From the IMG/VR virus record IMGVR_UViG_3300024187_000008, positions 1 through 63,081 of that record: DNA of 63,081 nucleotides. One strand, given 5' to 3'. Positions 55,547 to 63,081 of the stretch are shown here, in pieces. Made by a program: the position numbers and the translations under genes. Positions within the stretch are counted from its first letter, which is position 1; each line of letters begins with the position of its first letter. The stretch comes from a virus. Lineage: Duplodnaviria; Caudoviricetes. A model generated the notes under the pieces. The model saw only the letters and a list, made by a program, of their open reading frames with translations. It was not told where the DNA came from and did not search any database.

Positions 55547-56512
55547 GTGAAGACCGACGTTTCGTCGGAGCCGTTCAAGGTCAACGTCTCAGCGATGCAA
55601 GACTTCATGCAGTGCCGGTTCCGGTACTGGGCGAAGTGGATCATGAACCGGGTGCCCGTGACTGGGGCACCCGCGCTGGACGCGGGCAAGCTGCTGCACC
55701 GCATCTTCGAGGGGCCGTACCTCAAGGGCGAGACGCTCGCCGAGGCGGCCGATCGGGAGTGCGAGGAGTACCGGCTGCTCATCCCCTCGGTGCATCCGGC
55801 AGCGCAGGTGAACGCCATGAAGGCGCTCGTCACCATCATCGACATGAGGGAGGCGTTCCCCCTCTGGCACGACAAGTTCTCGGGGATGGAGACGCTGGAG
55901 GTCGAGGCGGGCTTCGAGTACCCGGACCCCGAGATTCCCTGGCTGATCTGGCGAGGGAGGCCCGACCGGGTGGTCAAGATGGGCAGCCGCATCTGGCACG
56001 TACAGAACCGTGGGCTCGCGGCCTCGACGAACTTCGGCACCTACACGAGGCTCGCCAAGCGCCACTACCACGAGCACCTGTACGGCGAGCACCTGGAGAA
56101 GCTGTACTGCACGCCGAAGAAGCGCGGCGGGCTGACGTACGGCGGCACCATCTTCAACCTCGTCCGCAAGCTGAAGTTCCGCACGAACGTGGGCAAGAAG
56201 AACGAGACCACGAAGACGGCGGAGGAGATGTTCTGGCAGGGCGCCGTGTCGTACGAGATGTCGAGCGGGCTGCACCAGTCGGTGATGGCCTGCATGAGGC
56301 AGCACGCTGTCGCCATGCGGCAGGTCGAGCGCGAGTGGGTGGAGGACAACATCATCCCCGCGCCGAACGAGAAGCTCAACGGCGGATTCTCCGGTAGCTC
56401 GGAGGACCCGTACTTCAAGGTTCTGATCGGGGAGGTATCGCTTGACGACGACTCCGTCTTCACTGCGCGGGAGGACACGTACGCGCTCGACGCCAACACG
56501 GAGACTACCTGA
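55547..56512 (+). CDS. PD-(D/E)XK-fold (RecB/Cas4-like) nuclease
   Basis: S.MQDF..CRFRY, G.LLH..FE, VE..F, GRPDRV; atypical QNR in place of (D/E)xK. Confidence 0.7.
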   Translation: MKTDVSSEPFKVNVSAMQDFMQCRFRYWAKWIMNRVPVTGAPALDAGKLLHRIFEGPYLKGETLAEAADRECEEYRLLIPSVHPAAQVNAMKALVTIIDMREAFPLWHDKFSGMETLEVEAGFEYPDPEIPWLIWRGRPDRVVKMGSRIWHVQNRGLAASTNFGTYTRLAKRHYHEHLYGEHLEKLYCTPKKRGGLTYGGTIFNLVRKLKFRTNVGKKNETTKTAEEMFWQGAVSYEMSSGLHQSVMACMRQHAVAMRQVEREWVEDNIIPAPNEKLNGGFSGSSEDPYFKVLIGEVSLDDDSVFTAREDTYALDANTETT

Positions 56513-57443
56513 TGCGTTCGATGTTCTCTGGTCTCTACTCCCTCATCCTCCGGGTTCGGTCGTTCGTCTGTTCACACGAGCCGGTGACGACCGCGACGGA
56601 GATTTCGCACAGAGTGCAGCGGAGATTAGAAACTTCGCGAAGACGAACAAGGGGCGCAACGTCTACGTCGCACCCAACCCCACCAACAGTACGCGCGGCT
56701 CGCGACATACTGCGGAGGAAGTCACGCACTGGTCTTTCTTTCTGATCGACATGGACCCGATCGAGGAGGAGAACGATCCCGCGAAGGCGCTCGAAGAGGC
56801 GCTGATGTGGCTCGGCGAGTGGTTGGGCAACAACTTCACCAACCGCCGCCCGATCATCATCGACAGCGGGCGTGGGATGCAGGCGTGGATCAGGCTCGGG
56901 GACATCGACCTCGACCAGATGCCGGGCGGTCGGAGCGTGGCACGGCGGGCGAACGGCTACTGGCTCAAGACGCTCGACGAGCGCCTGGGCGTGTGCCACG
57001 GCTGTCGCATCGACACGTCAGTGTCGGACCTCCCTCGCGTGATGCGGTGCCCAGGGACGATCAACGTGAAGACGGGGCGGGCCACGCGGTTCGTGGTTCC
57101 CTCGGCTGAAGTGTTCGACGGGCTCGCCTCGAAGCTCGTCATCGGGACGCCGAAGAAGGCGCTCGAAGACCCGCCGGCACCCGAGGGGATCGAGCCCGGC
57201 CAGCCGTGGCAGAGCGTGTTCCCACACCTGACCCTGATGGCGCAGAACTACCTGCGGGTCGGCCAGGAGGAGCCCGGGCGCCACAAGGTCATGTGGCACA
57301 CGGCCAAGAAGTTCTTCGAGCTTGGCGTCACCAGGAAGGAAGCAAAGAAAGCAATCAGATGGGCCAACCGCCTGCGAGGGAGCAACGCTGAGTTGCCCCC
57401 GGACCAGATCGAGCACGCCCTGGTAACCGCGTACGGGGCTTGA
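56442..57443 (+). CDS. AEP-superfamily primase (RepB-like) with C-terminal helical domain
   Basis: TTG start after GGAGG; YVAPNP, FLIDMD, DSGRGMQAW, D..RVMRCPGT.N.K. Confidence 0.8.
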   Translation: MTTTPSSLRGRTRTRSTPTRRLPDAFDVLWSLLPHPPGSVVRLFTRAGDDRDGDFAQSAAEIRNFAKTNKGRNVYVAPNPTNSTRGSRHTAEEVTHWSFFLIDMDPIEEENDPAKALEEALMWLGEWLGNNFTNRRPIIIDSGRGMQAWIRLGDIDLDQMPGGRSVARRANGYWLKTLDERLGVCHGCRIDTSVSDLPRVMRCPGTINVKTGRATRFVVPSAEVFDGLASKLVIGTPKKALEDPPAPEGIEPGQPWQSVFPHLTLMAQNYLRVGQEEPGRHKVMWHTAKKFFELGVTRKEAKKAIRWANRLRGSNAELPPDQIEHALVTAYGA

Positions 57444-57477
57444 CGGTAGCCCTCCGTTGTGGTACGATAAGTCTGGA
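57440..57477 (+). promoter_or_regulatory. Strong sigma70-type promoter with conserved AGTCTGGA motif
   Basis: TTGACG-N17-TACGAT with extended TG, followed by AAGTCTGGA. Confidence 0.75.
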
Positions 57478-57508
57478 AGAGCTACCCCATCAACCAAAGG
57501 AGCACACG

Positions 57509-57697
57509 ATGAACACGACCACCGGCACCACCACGACCACCGCGACCTACGAGGTCGTCACCGAGTTCGGCAGCTTCTTCGTGCTGAAGAACGGCGAGTA
57601 CCTGCGCGACAAGACCGGCGCGGCGTACAAGTACAACAGCGCCAGCGGTGCCCGCAAGCGGATCACGCGCGACCGCAGCGGCAACTTCCACGCCTAG
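57509..57697 (+). CDS. Small protein
   Basis: AAGGAG RBS; MNTTTGTTTT... Confidence 0.65.
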   Translation: MNTTTGTTTTTATYEVVTEFGSFFVLKNGEYLRDKTGAAYKYNSASGARKRITRDRSGNFHA

Positions 57698-57698
57698 C

Positions 57699-58574
57699 AT
57701 GGGCAAGAACGTACTGGAGTTCCTGCGAGGCTCCGACCTCGACGCGCTGGTCAAGGAGCGCATCATGATCTACGGGCGGGCCGGCGTCGGCAAGACGCGC
57801 TTCGGCCTGTCCGTCCCCGACTCGTGGGGCAAGATCGTGTACTACGCAGCCGACAAGAACTCGTGGCTGCTGCGCTCGATCAGCAAGGCGAAGCGTGAGC
57901 GCGTGCACGTTGTGCGCCCGGATGGCGACGACCCGACCGCGCTCTTCATGCAGTTCGCGATGCAGGACTGGGACGAACTGGACCCCGCGATCGGCACCAT
58001 CGTCGTGGACACCTACTCGAAGGTGGCCCTCGACTCGATCAGCTTCACGGCCAACTCGATGACCCTCGACCGCGAGAAGCACTACGTGGTCGGCGAGGTC
58101 GGCAAGGGTGGCATCGCGATCCCGAACCGGGGCGACTACCAGGGAGTGGACGGTCTCTCGAAGAACTACCTCGACATGATCTTCGACAAGCAGAAGGACA
58201 AGCACATCATCTTCATCTGCCACGAAGAGAGCAAGCAGGTCGAGGGGATGTCGGCAGTCGGTGGCCCGCAGCACCCCGGCCGCCAGATGATCGACTACCT
58301 GCCGGCGCAGTTCAGCACCGTCATCCGGTTGGTCCGCGACGAGATTCTCGTCCCGGGCGCCGACGACGTGCAGCCGGTGGTGGTCGCGATCACGGAGAAC
58401 GACGGCAAGTACGTCGCGAAGCTCCGCACCGATGACGAGGAAGGGCCGAACCCGCTCGCGAAGCGGACCCTCGACCGGAACCCGTCGTCGTGGTGGACCG
58501 AGTACCAGGACTACATCAACGGGCGGACCAAGGTCGCCCCAACCAAGAAGTTGAAGAAGAAAGTGGAGGCGTAA
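57699..58574 (+). CDS. AAA_24/Sak4-like ATPase (recombination)
   Basis: MIYGRAGVGKT, TIVVDT, IIFICHE. Confidence 0.85.
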   Translation: MGKNVLEFLRGSDLDALVKERIMIYGRAGVGKTRFGLSVPDSWGKIVYYAADKNSWLLRSISKAKRERVHVVRPDGDDPTALFMQFAMQDWDELDPAIGTIVVDTYSKVALDSISFTANSMTLDREKHYVVGEVGKGGIAIPNRGDYQGVDGLSKNYLDMIFDKQKDKHIIFICHEESKQVEGMSAVGGPQHPGRQMIDYLPAQFSTVIRLVRDEILVPGADDVQPVVVAITENDGKYVAKLRTDDEEGPNPLAKRTLDRNPSSWWTEYQDYINGRTKVAPTKKLKKKVEA

Positions 58575-58575
58575 G

Positions 58576-59253
58576 ATGGCGAAGCAGACGCAGAGCAAGG
58601 GCAGCACCCCGGTGGTTCCGAACTTCAAGGACGTGGACAAGGCGGCGGTGCAGGCCGCGCAGGCGGCGGTGGCCGGTGGACGGCAGGAGCCGCTCGTCGT
58701 TCCGCAGGGTGCCAAGGTGAGCGTGGCCGGCAACGGTGCCACCTACACGCGCTGGAACGAGCGCGCCGTCATCACGCAGGCGTACCGCTCGGTGACGAAG
58801 AAGGGCCTCCTCGACGTGACCGTGGTCGTGAAGCTCCGCCAGTCGGAGAAGAACAGCGGCCGGAAGGTGTTCGCTCACTTCTACATCAACAACGGCGACA
58901 GCGTGAGCGAGAGCCACGAGAGCATGAACGAGCGTTCGCTCGGCGCCATCACGACGCTGCTCGTCGCGACCAGCTTCATGCCGGCCGGCGGTGCGCTGAA
59001 GGGCACCCTGCTCGACAAGATGTTCCCGCAGAAGGGCCAGCCCGGTACGTCGAGCCCGCTCGCGGACAAGGCGGTCATCGCCAACATCGTGCAGCAGTTC
59101 GGTCAGGCGAAGGACCAGAAGACCCAGAAGCCGATGGTGGACGAGAACGGCGAGAAGGTCATGGAGAAGCGCGACTCGGTCGAGACGTTCCTGCCCGACT
59201 CCGGGCCGGTGGCGGCGGACGAGGACGAGGACGAGTCGTCCGAGGAGGAGTAG
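58576..59253 (+). CDS. Putative ssDNA-binding protein
   Basis: Follows the Sak4-like gene; OB-like strands, GRKVF motif, acidic C-terminal tail. Confidence 0.6.
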   Translation: MAKQTQSKGSTPVVPNFKDVDKAAVQAAQAAVAGGRQEPLVVPQGAKVSVAGNGATYTRWNERAVITQAYRSVTKKGLLDVTVVVKLRQSEKNSGRKVFAHFYINNGDSVSESHESMNERSLGAITTLLVATSFMPAGGALKGTLLDKMFPQKGQPGTSSPLADKAVIANIVQQFGQAKDQKTQKPMVDENGEKVMEKRDSVETFLPDSGPVAADEDEDESSEEE

Positions 59254-59254
59254 C

Positions 59255-59875
59255 ATGTCCGGCGTCGTGTACCCGAAGAACGACTTCACCCAGATGATCG
59301 AGGCGGTATCACGACGCAACGTGGCCGGTGGCGGCATCCCCAACCTTCCTGGGGAGCCGCTCCCGAACGTGCGCTCGGCCGGTCTCGGTCAGCCCGTGGA
59401 GAACGACCCCACCAACCAGCCGCTCTCCGCGCAGGAGATCATGGAGTTGAACGCTGCGGCTGCGGCGGCGGGGGTCAAGGACGAGCGCATCGGGACGGCG
59501 GACGCCGAACCGGTGGGCGGTTATGGCTCCCTCGAAGAGGCGATGGCGGCAGGGATGCCGGTCAACGCTCCCTCGGTGGCGGCGGCAGTGTCGGCGGCAG
59601 AGGTTGTCCGTCAGCGCCAGCCACGCGCGTCCGTCGTGCAGACGGTCGTCCAGCCGCGTCTCCCGAACTTCCGCAACGTCCAGGGCATCGACCTCATTAC
59701 TGGGGTCGTGTACGTGGACGACATGGAGTTCAAGATTCCGGCCGGTGACCTCGCGAGCTTCCGACAGTACGTCGTGGAGATCGCCAAGAACGAGATCATG
59801 AAGCAACTGGAGGAAGCCACAAGCATGTTCGCGCGGAGCGCGGAGACCAACGGTGAAGGAGAGTCGAAGAGCTAA
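59255..59875 (+). CDS. Hypothetical protein
   Basis: Clear ORF with GGAG RBS. Confidence 0.6.
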   Translation: MSGVVYPKNDFTQMIEAVSRRNVAGGGIPNLPGEPLPNVRSAGLGQPVENDPTNQPLSAQEIMELNAAAAAAGVKDERIGTADAEPVGGYGSLEEAMAAGMPVNAPSVAAAVSAAEVVRQRQPRASVVQTVVQPRLPNFRNVQGIDLITGVVYVDDMEFKIPAGDLASFRQYVVEIAKNEIMKQLEEATSMFARSAETNGEGESKS

Positions 59876-60578
59876 GATGCGGGCGTACAACGCCTCGTTG
59901 AAAGGAATCGCTCGGAACCTCCGGGCAGAACACGGGGGATGTTACTGCATGGTGTCGGAAAAACGACGGGAACAAATGCGTGCTGCGTCTGCTCGTTACC
60001 GAGAACGGAACCTCGACGTGGCACGCGAGAAGTCACGGAACTACTGGAAGGCTCACCCCGATAGACTTAAGGCGTACAACGCATCACCGAAGGGTCTCTC
60101 TTGTCGTCTGCGTTGTATCCATGGACTCTCTCGGGAGCAATCAGAGACCTGGGCGGCGATTTTACTGAACCCAGGAACTCGGTGTGCGATCTGTGGCGTG
60201 CCCAACTACATCGTGAAGGTGCTCCGCGAGAAAGGTCCATGGCCGAAGTTCTTCGGACGCCGGCACGGAGCAGGCAGCAAACCACGTCTCACCCTGGATC
60301 ATATCCAACCCGGGTGCAACGAGGGGGGATTTCGCCCCCTCTGCTCCGGGTGCAACAGCCTTCGAGGGGACAACCAGTTCACCGACGAAGAAGTACTCAC
60401 TCAGATGCGTGACAAATGGGCTTGGTTGCTCGCACCCCGCTTTCTGTACTGGCTGAACAGTACTCCCGGGGTCGGCGGCCGTCTACACCGGAGCGTAAGA
60501 TGCGCGAAGCGCGATGCCGAATATGCGGACGGTGCCATCGACCAGCCGAGCCAGCCATCACCGACGAGTACAACTTGA
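59853..60578 (+). CDS. HNH endonuclease
   Basis: CAICG...LTLDHI.P...PLCSGCN..RG; lower GC than its flanks. Confidence 0.8.
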   Translation: MKESRRAKMRAYNASLKGIARNLRAEHGGCYCMVSEKRREQMRAASARYRERNLDVAREKSRNYWKAHPDRLKAYNASPKGLSCRLRCIHGLSREQSETWAAILLNPGTRCAICGVPNYIVKVLREKGPWPKFFGRRHGAGSKPRLTLDHIQPGCNEGGFRPLCSGCNSLRGDNQFTDEEVLTQMRDKWAWLLAPRFLYWLNSTPGVGGRLHRSVRCAKRDAEYADGAIDQPSQPSPTSTT

Positions 60579-60759
60579 CCTTCGCCGACGACGTGTGCGA
60601 GCTATGTGCAGTCACACTGGGCCGCGCGCTGGCAGGGATTCTGGAGCTACTTCGCGACTCACACGGTGAACGGCGCGAGCGCGTCATCGACAGACTCAGC
60701 ACCCGGCTTCGCGGCCAGGGGTTCGAGGTCGGTGACACGTTCCGCCCCCGGAGGGCATC

Positions 60760-63081
60760 ATGATGGGAAAAGCTAGGGGCCGCGCCGATGCTCCGTATCT
60801 GTTCGTGATGGTCAGCGAACCGAGCGAGGGCATGGAGGCGTGGTTCTGGCGTGCTCTGCAAGGCGCCGGCATCAAGAAGACCGAGTGCAGGCTCGTGTTC
60901 ATGATCGACGAGCCGCCGGCCAACGAAGGGAACAAGGCGTCCAAGGCGCAGTTGCGCTCTGCACGCGCGCGGTTCGAGCAGGACGTACGGCGTTCCTCAC
61001 CGCAGGTGGTGCTCCCGATGGGCACCGAACCCTTCTACGCCCTCACCGGCATCAACGAGGGTATCTTCGACGCGCGCGGCTACCTGATACGGAAGCACCT
61101 GTTCCACCCGGTTCCGATCGAGGTGTGGAAGCAGGTCGGCACGTACGTCAACGCGAGCAAGGCTACGGGCGCCAAGAAGGGCGACCCGAAGATGAAGTGG
61201 GTGAAGGAATCGGGGCCGGCGCTTCTGGGCGCTGACTTCGCCGGGACCGTGATCCCAGTCTTCACCCTCGACCACATCCGCACCGAGCAGTTCGCCGTGA
61301 AGCCGGCGTTCAAGGAGGACCTGCTCCGTGCCGTGCGCGCCCACATGGGCACGACGGTCGAGATCGACAAGGACTTCGCGCTCATCACCACCCTCGAAGA
61401 GGTCCCGCCACTCAGCGAGTGGGGACCGATCGTCGCGGTTGACATCGAGACGCACGGGATCGACAACGAGGTGATCGACCTCGTATCCTTCTCGGACGGC
61501 GTCTTCACCGCAGCCCTCGACTGGACCGAGGGAGCACGGCTCTGGATGGAGGCGCTCTTCGCCAGCCCGCGCACGTTCGCTGTTCACAACTCGCCGTTCG
61601 ACATCCCTCGGCTAGTCGCCAACGGGGTGAACATCACGCAGCAGGTGATCGACACGCGCGTGTTCGACACCATGTTCGGTGCCGTCGTCGTGCAGCCCGA
61701 CCTCCACAAGGCGCTCGGGCGCGTGGCCTCGCTCTACCTGGACATGGCGCCGTGGAAGACCTCGTCGCGCAAGCCGAACTCACACTGGCGGGCGATGGTG
61801 CTCGCGGACCCGCGCCGGTACGCCGGCAAGGACGCGCTCGCCACGAAGTGGATCGCCGACTCCCTCATTTCGATCATGAAGTCCCTCGGCTGTTGGGACC
61901 TCTACATGGGGCAGGGCAAGCACCCGGGGCCGGGCGTCATGGCGACGATCCCCGAGCTTACGGCGATGAGTCGTGGCGGCATCCGCACGAACCGCGAGTA
62001 CGCACGCAGGATGTGCGCGCGGCTGGAGACGCGCCTGTTCCGGTACTTGGCGCTCTGGACGCGGATGTTCCCGAACGTGACGCCCTCGTCGAACCCGCAG
62101 GTCAACAAGCTGCTCTACAAGCAGTGGGGCCTGCCGGTCAACCGCTCGAAGAGCGACGGGGTGAGCGCGGACGAACTGGCGCTCGTGAAGTCGAAGGCGT
62201 TTGTCGAGGTCAACAAGGACACCGACTTCCACCCGGGCGCATGGCGTACGGATCAGCGCGCCACGCCCCGGACCTTCGACCTGCTACTGAAGATTCGCAA
62301 GACGAGCAAGATGCTCGGGACCTACGTGCAGCCCGTGATGTTGGGCGAGGACACCTGGGTGCACCCGAGCTACCTGCCGGCCTCGAAGGACGATGAGCGC
62401 GGCGGTCAGAAGATGGACAACAAGGGCAACACGGCCACGGGCCGGCTCGCTGCGTACCACCCGAACATCCAGAACCAGATGAAGGATGTGATCGGTGGCT
62501 ACAGCGTGAAGCACCTCTACGTGCCGGACGACGACACGATGTGCTTCATCCAGGCCGACTACAAGAGCGCCGAGTTGTTCGTGCTCGCCGGGATGGCGGG
62601 CGACAAGAAGCTGCTCGCTGACCTCCTGTCCGGCGACATGCACGGGCGCAACGCGGTGCGGTTCGGGATCAGCCGTAAGGTCGTGAAGAACGTGACCTAC
62701 GCCTCGATGTACCTCGCGAGCCCGGGCAAGCAGTCCGAGATGATCTTGGAGCAGGAGCATATGTACGTGTCCCCGGCTGACTGCCTGACTACGTCGGAGT
62801 CGATCTGGGGCTACTACGAGAAGACCAATGCGTACCGGCAGTTGCTCGTGTCGATGTGCGAGGCGCAGAAGTACATCACCAACCCGTTCGGCCGCACCCG
62901 CTTCTTCCACGACGGGCGCGCTCCTGCGGCGGTGGACTTCATCCCTCAGAGCGTCGTCGCCGACATCCTGTGGTGCGTGCTCAAGCCCGTTGCCGAGATG
63001 GCCCGCCGCTACGGTGGCCGCCTCGTGACCACGGTGCACGACTCGATCCTCATCTGCGTCCCGGCGGCTGTCCGAAGCGGC
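60760..63081 (+). CDS. polA: Family A DNA polymerase with N-terminal UDG-like domain and 3'-5' exonuclease (continues at 2-280; ~822 aa in total)
   Basis: Translated by hand (absent from the ORF track because it has no stop in the window): PQVVLPMG..F.ALTG..GIFDARG (UDG-like), VDIETHG/HNSPFD/YAGKD (Exo I-III), TATGRL..PNIQN, motif A ADYKSAEL, motif B R...KNVTYA..Y, NPFGRTR. Confidence 0.92.
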   Translation, partial: MMGKARGRADAPYLFVMVSEPSEGMEAWFWRALQGAGIKKTECRLVFMIDEPPANEGNKASKAQLRSARARFEQDVRRSSPQVVLPMGTEPFYALTGINEGIFDARGYLIRKHLFHPVPIEVWKQVGTYVNASKATGAKKGDPKMKWVKESGPALLGADFAGTVIPVFTLDHIRTEQFAVKPAFKEDLLRAVRAHMGTTVEIDKDFALITTLEEVPPLSEWGPIVAVDIETHGIDNEVIDLVSFSDGVFTAALDWTEGARLWMEALFASPRTFAVHNSPFDIPRLVANGVNITQQVIDTRVFDTMFGAVVVQPDLHKALGRVASLYLDMAPWKTSSRKPNSHWRAMVLADPRRYAGKDALATKWIADSLISIMKSLGCWDLYMGQGKHPGPGVMATIPELTAMSRGGIRTNREYARRMCARLETRLFRYLALWTRMFPNVTPSSNPQVNKLLYKQWGLPVNRSKSDGVSADELALVKSKAFVEVNKDTDFHPGAWRTDQRATPRTFDLLLKIRKTSKMLGTYVQPVMLGEDTWVHPSYLPASKDDERGGQKMDNKGNTATGRLAAYHPNIQNQMKDVIGGYSVKHLYVPDDDTMCFIQADYKSAELFVLAGMAGDKKLLADLLSGDMHGRNAVRFGISRKVVKNVTYASMYLASPGKQSEMILEQEHMYVSPADCLTTSESIWGYYEKTNAYRQLLVSMCEAQKYITNPFGRTRFFHDGRAPAAVDFIPQSVVADILWCVLKPVAEMARRYGGRLVTTVHDSILICVPAAVRSG
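62949..63081. repeat. Terminal direct repeat (circular-assembly overlap), right copy
   Basis: Copy of 1-135 with a 2-nt deletion near the end. Confidence 0.95.

Noticed and set aside
55547-56512. Cas4 / CRISPR system
   Set aside because: No repeat-spacer array was seen anywhere and there are no other cas genes; the context is replication/recombination.
56442-56512. Programmed frameshift fusing the nuclease to the primase
   Set aside because: An in-frame TTG at 56442 with GGAGG 6 nt upstream explains the primase start; no slippery site was seen.
62949-63081. Terminal repeat as a biological DTR, and the 2-nt deletion as a polA frameshift
   Set aside because: The repeat falls mid-gene and has a k-mer-like length, and the indel is in the last few bases. 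This is best explained as an assembly overlap with an end error.
60760-63081. 2-aminoadenine (Z-genome) or 7-deazaguanine modification system
   Set aside because: No PurZ, DatZ, DpdA/Que or hydroxymethylase genes were recognised.

Overview
This window is an apparently complete, circularly assembled ~62.9-kb, GC-rich dsDNA tailed-phage genome. Positions 1-126 are repeated exactly at 62949-63074, and the join splits a family-A DNA polymerase gene. The virion module looks podovirus-like (terminase, portal, capsid, adaptor/nozzle, three or four large ejection-type proteins, no tape measure or sheath), and I see no integrase. The minus-strand arm (3666-34141) carries packaging, morphogenesis and holin genes. 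The plus-strand arm (35025-end, wrapping to 3661) carries many small early genes, an RNA ligase, GroES, a six-gene sugar-nucleotide/glycosyltransferase cluster, a replication module (nuclease, primase, Sak4-like ATPase, SSB-like protein, UDG-like/PolA fusion), an endolysin and a tRNA-CAT. The most striking unexplained layer is RNA. Three intergenic hammerhead ribozymes punctuate the first early genes, each sitting just ahead of an RBS and a Met-His start. Two circularly permuted tRNA-like elements (T arm > loop-closed acceptor stem > D arm) and a ~340-nt structured leader are also present, in a genome that encodes an Rnl2-type RNA ligase, a HAD phosphatase and DEDD nucleases. All calls come from reading motifs by eye; no database searches or folding programs were run.
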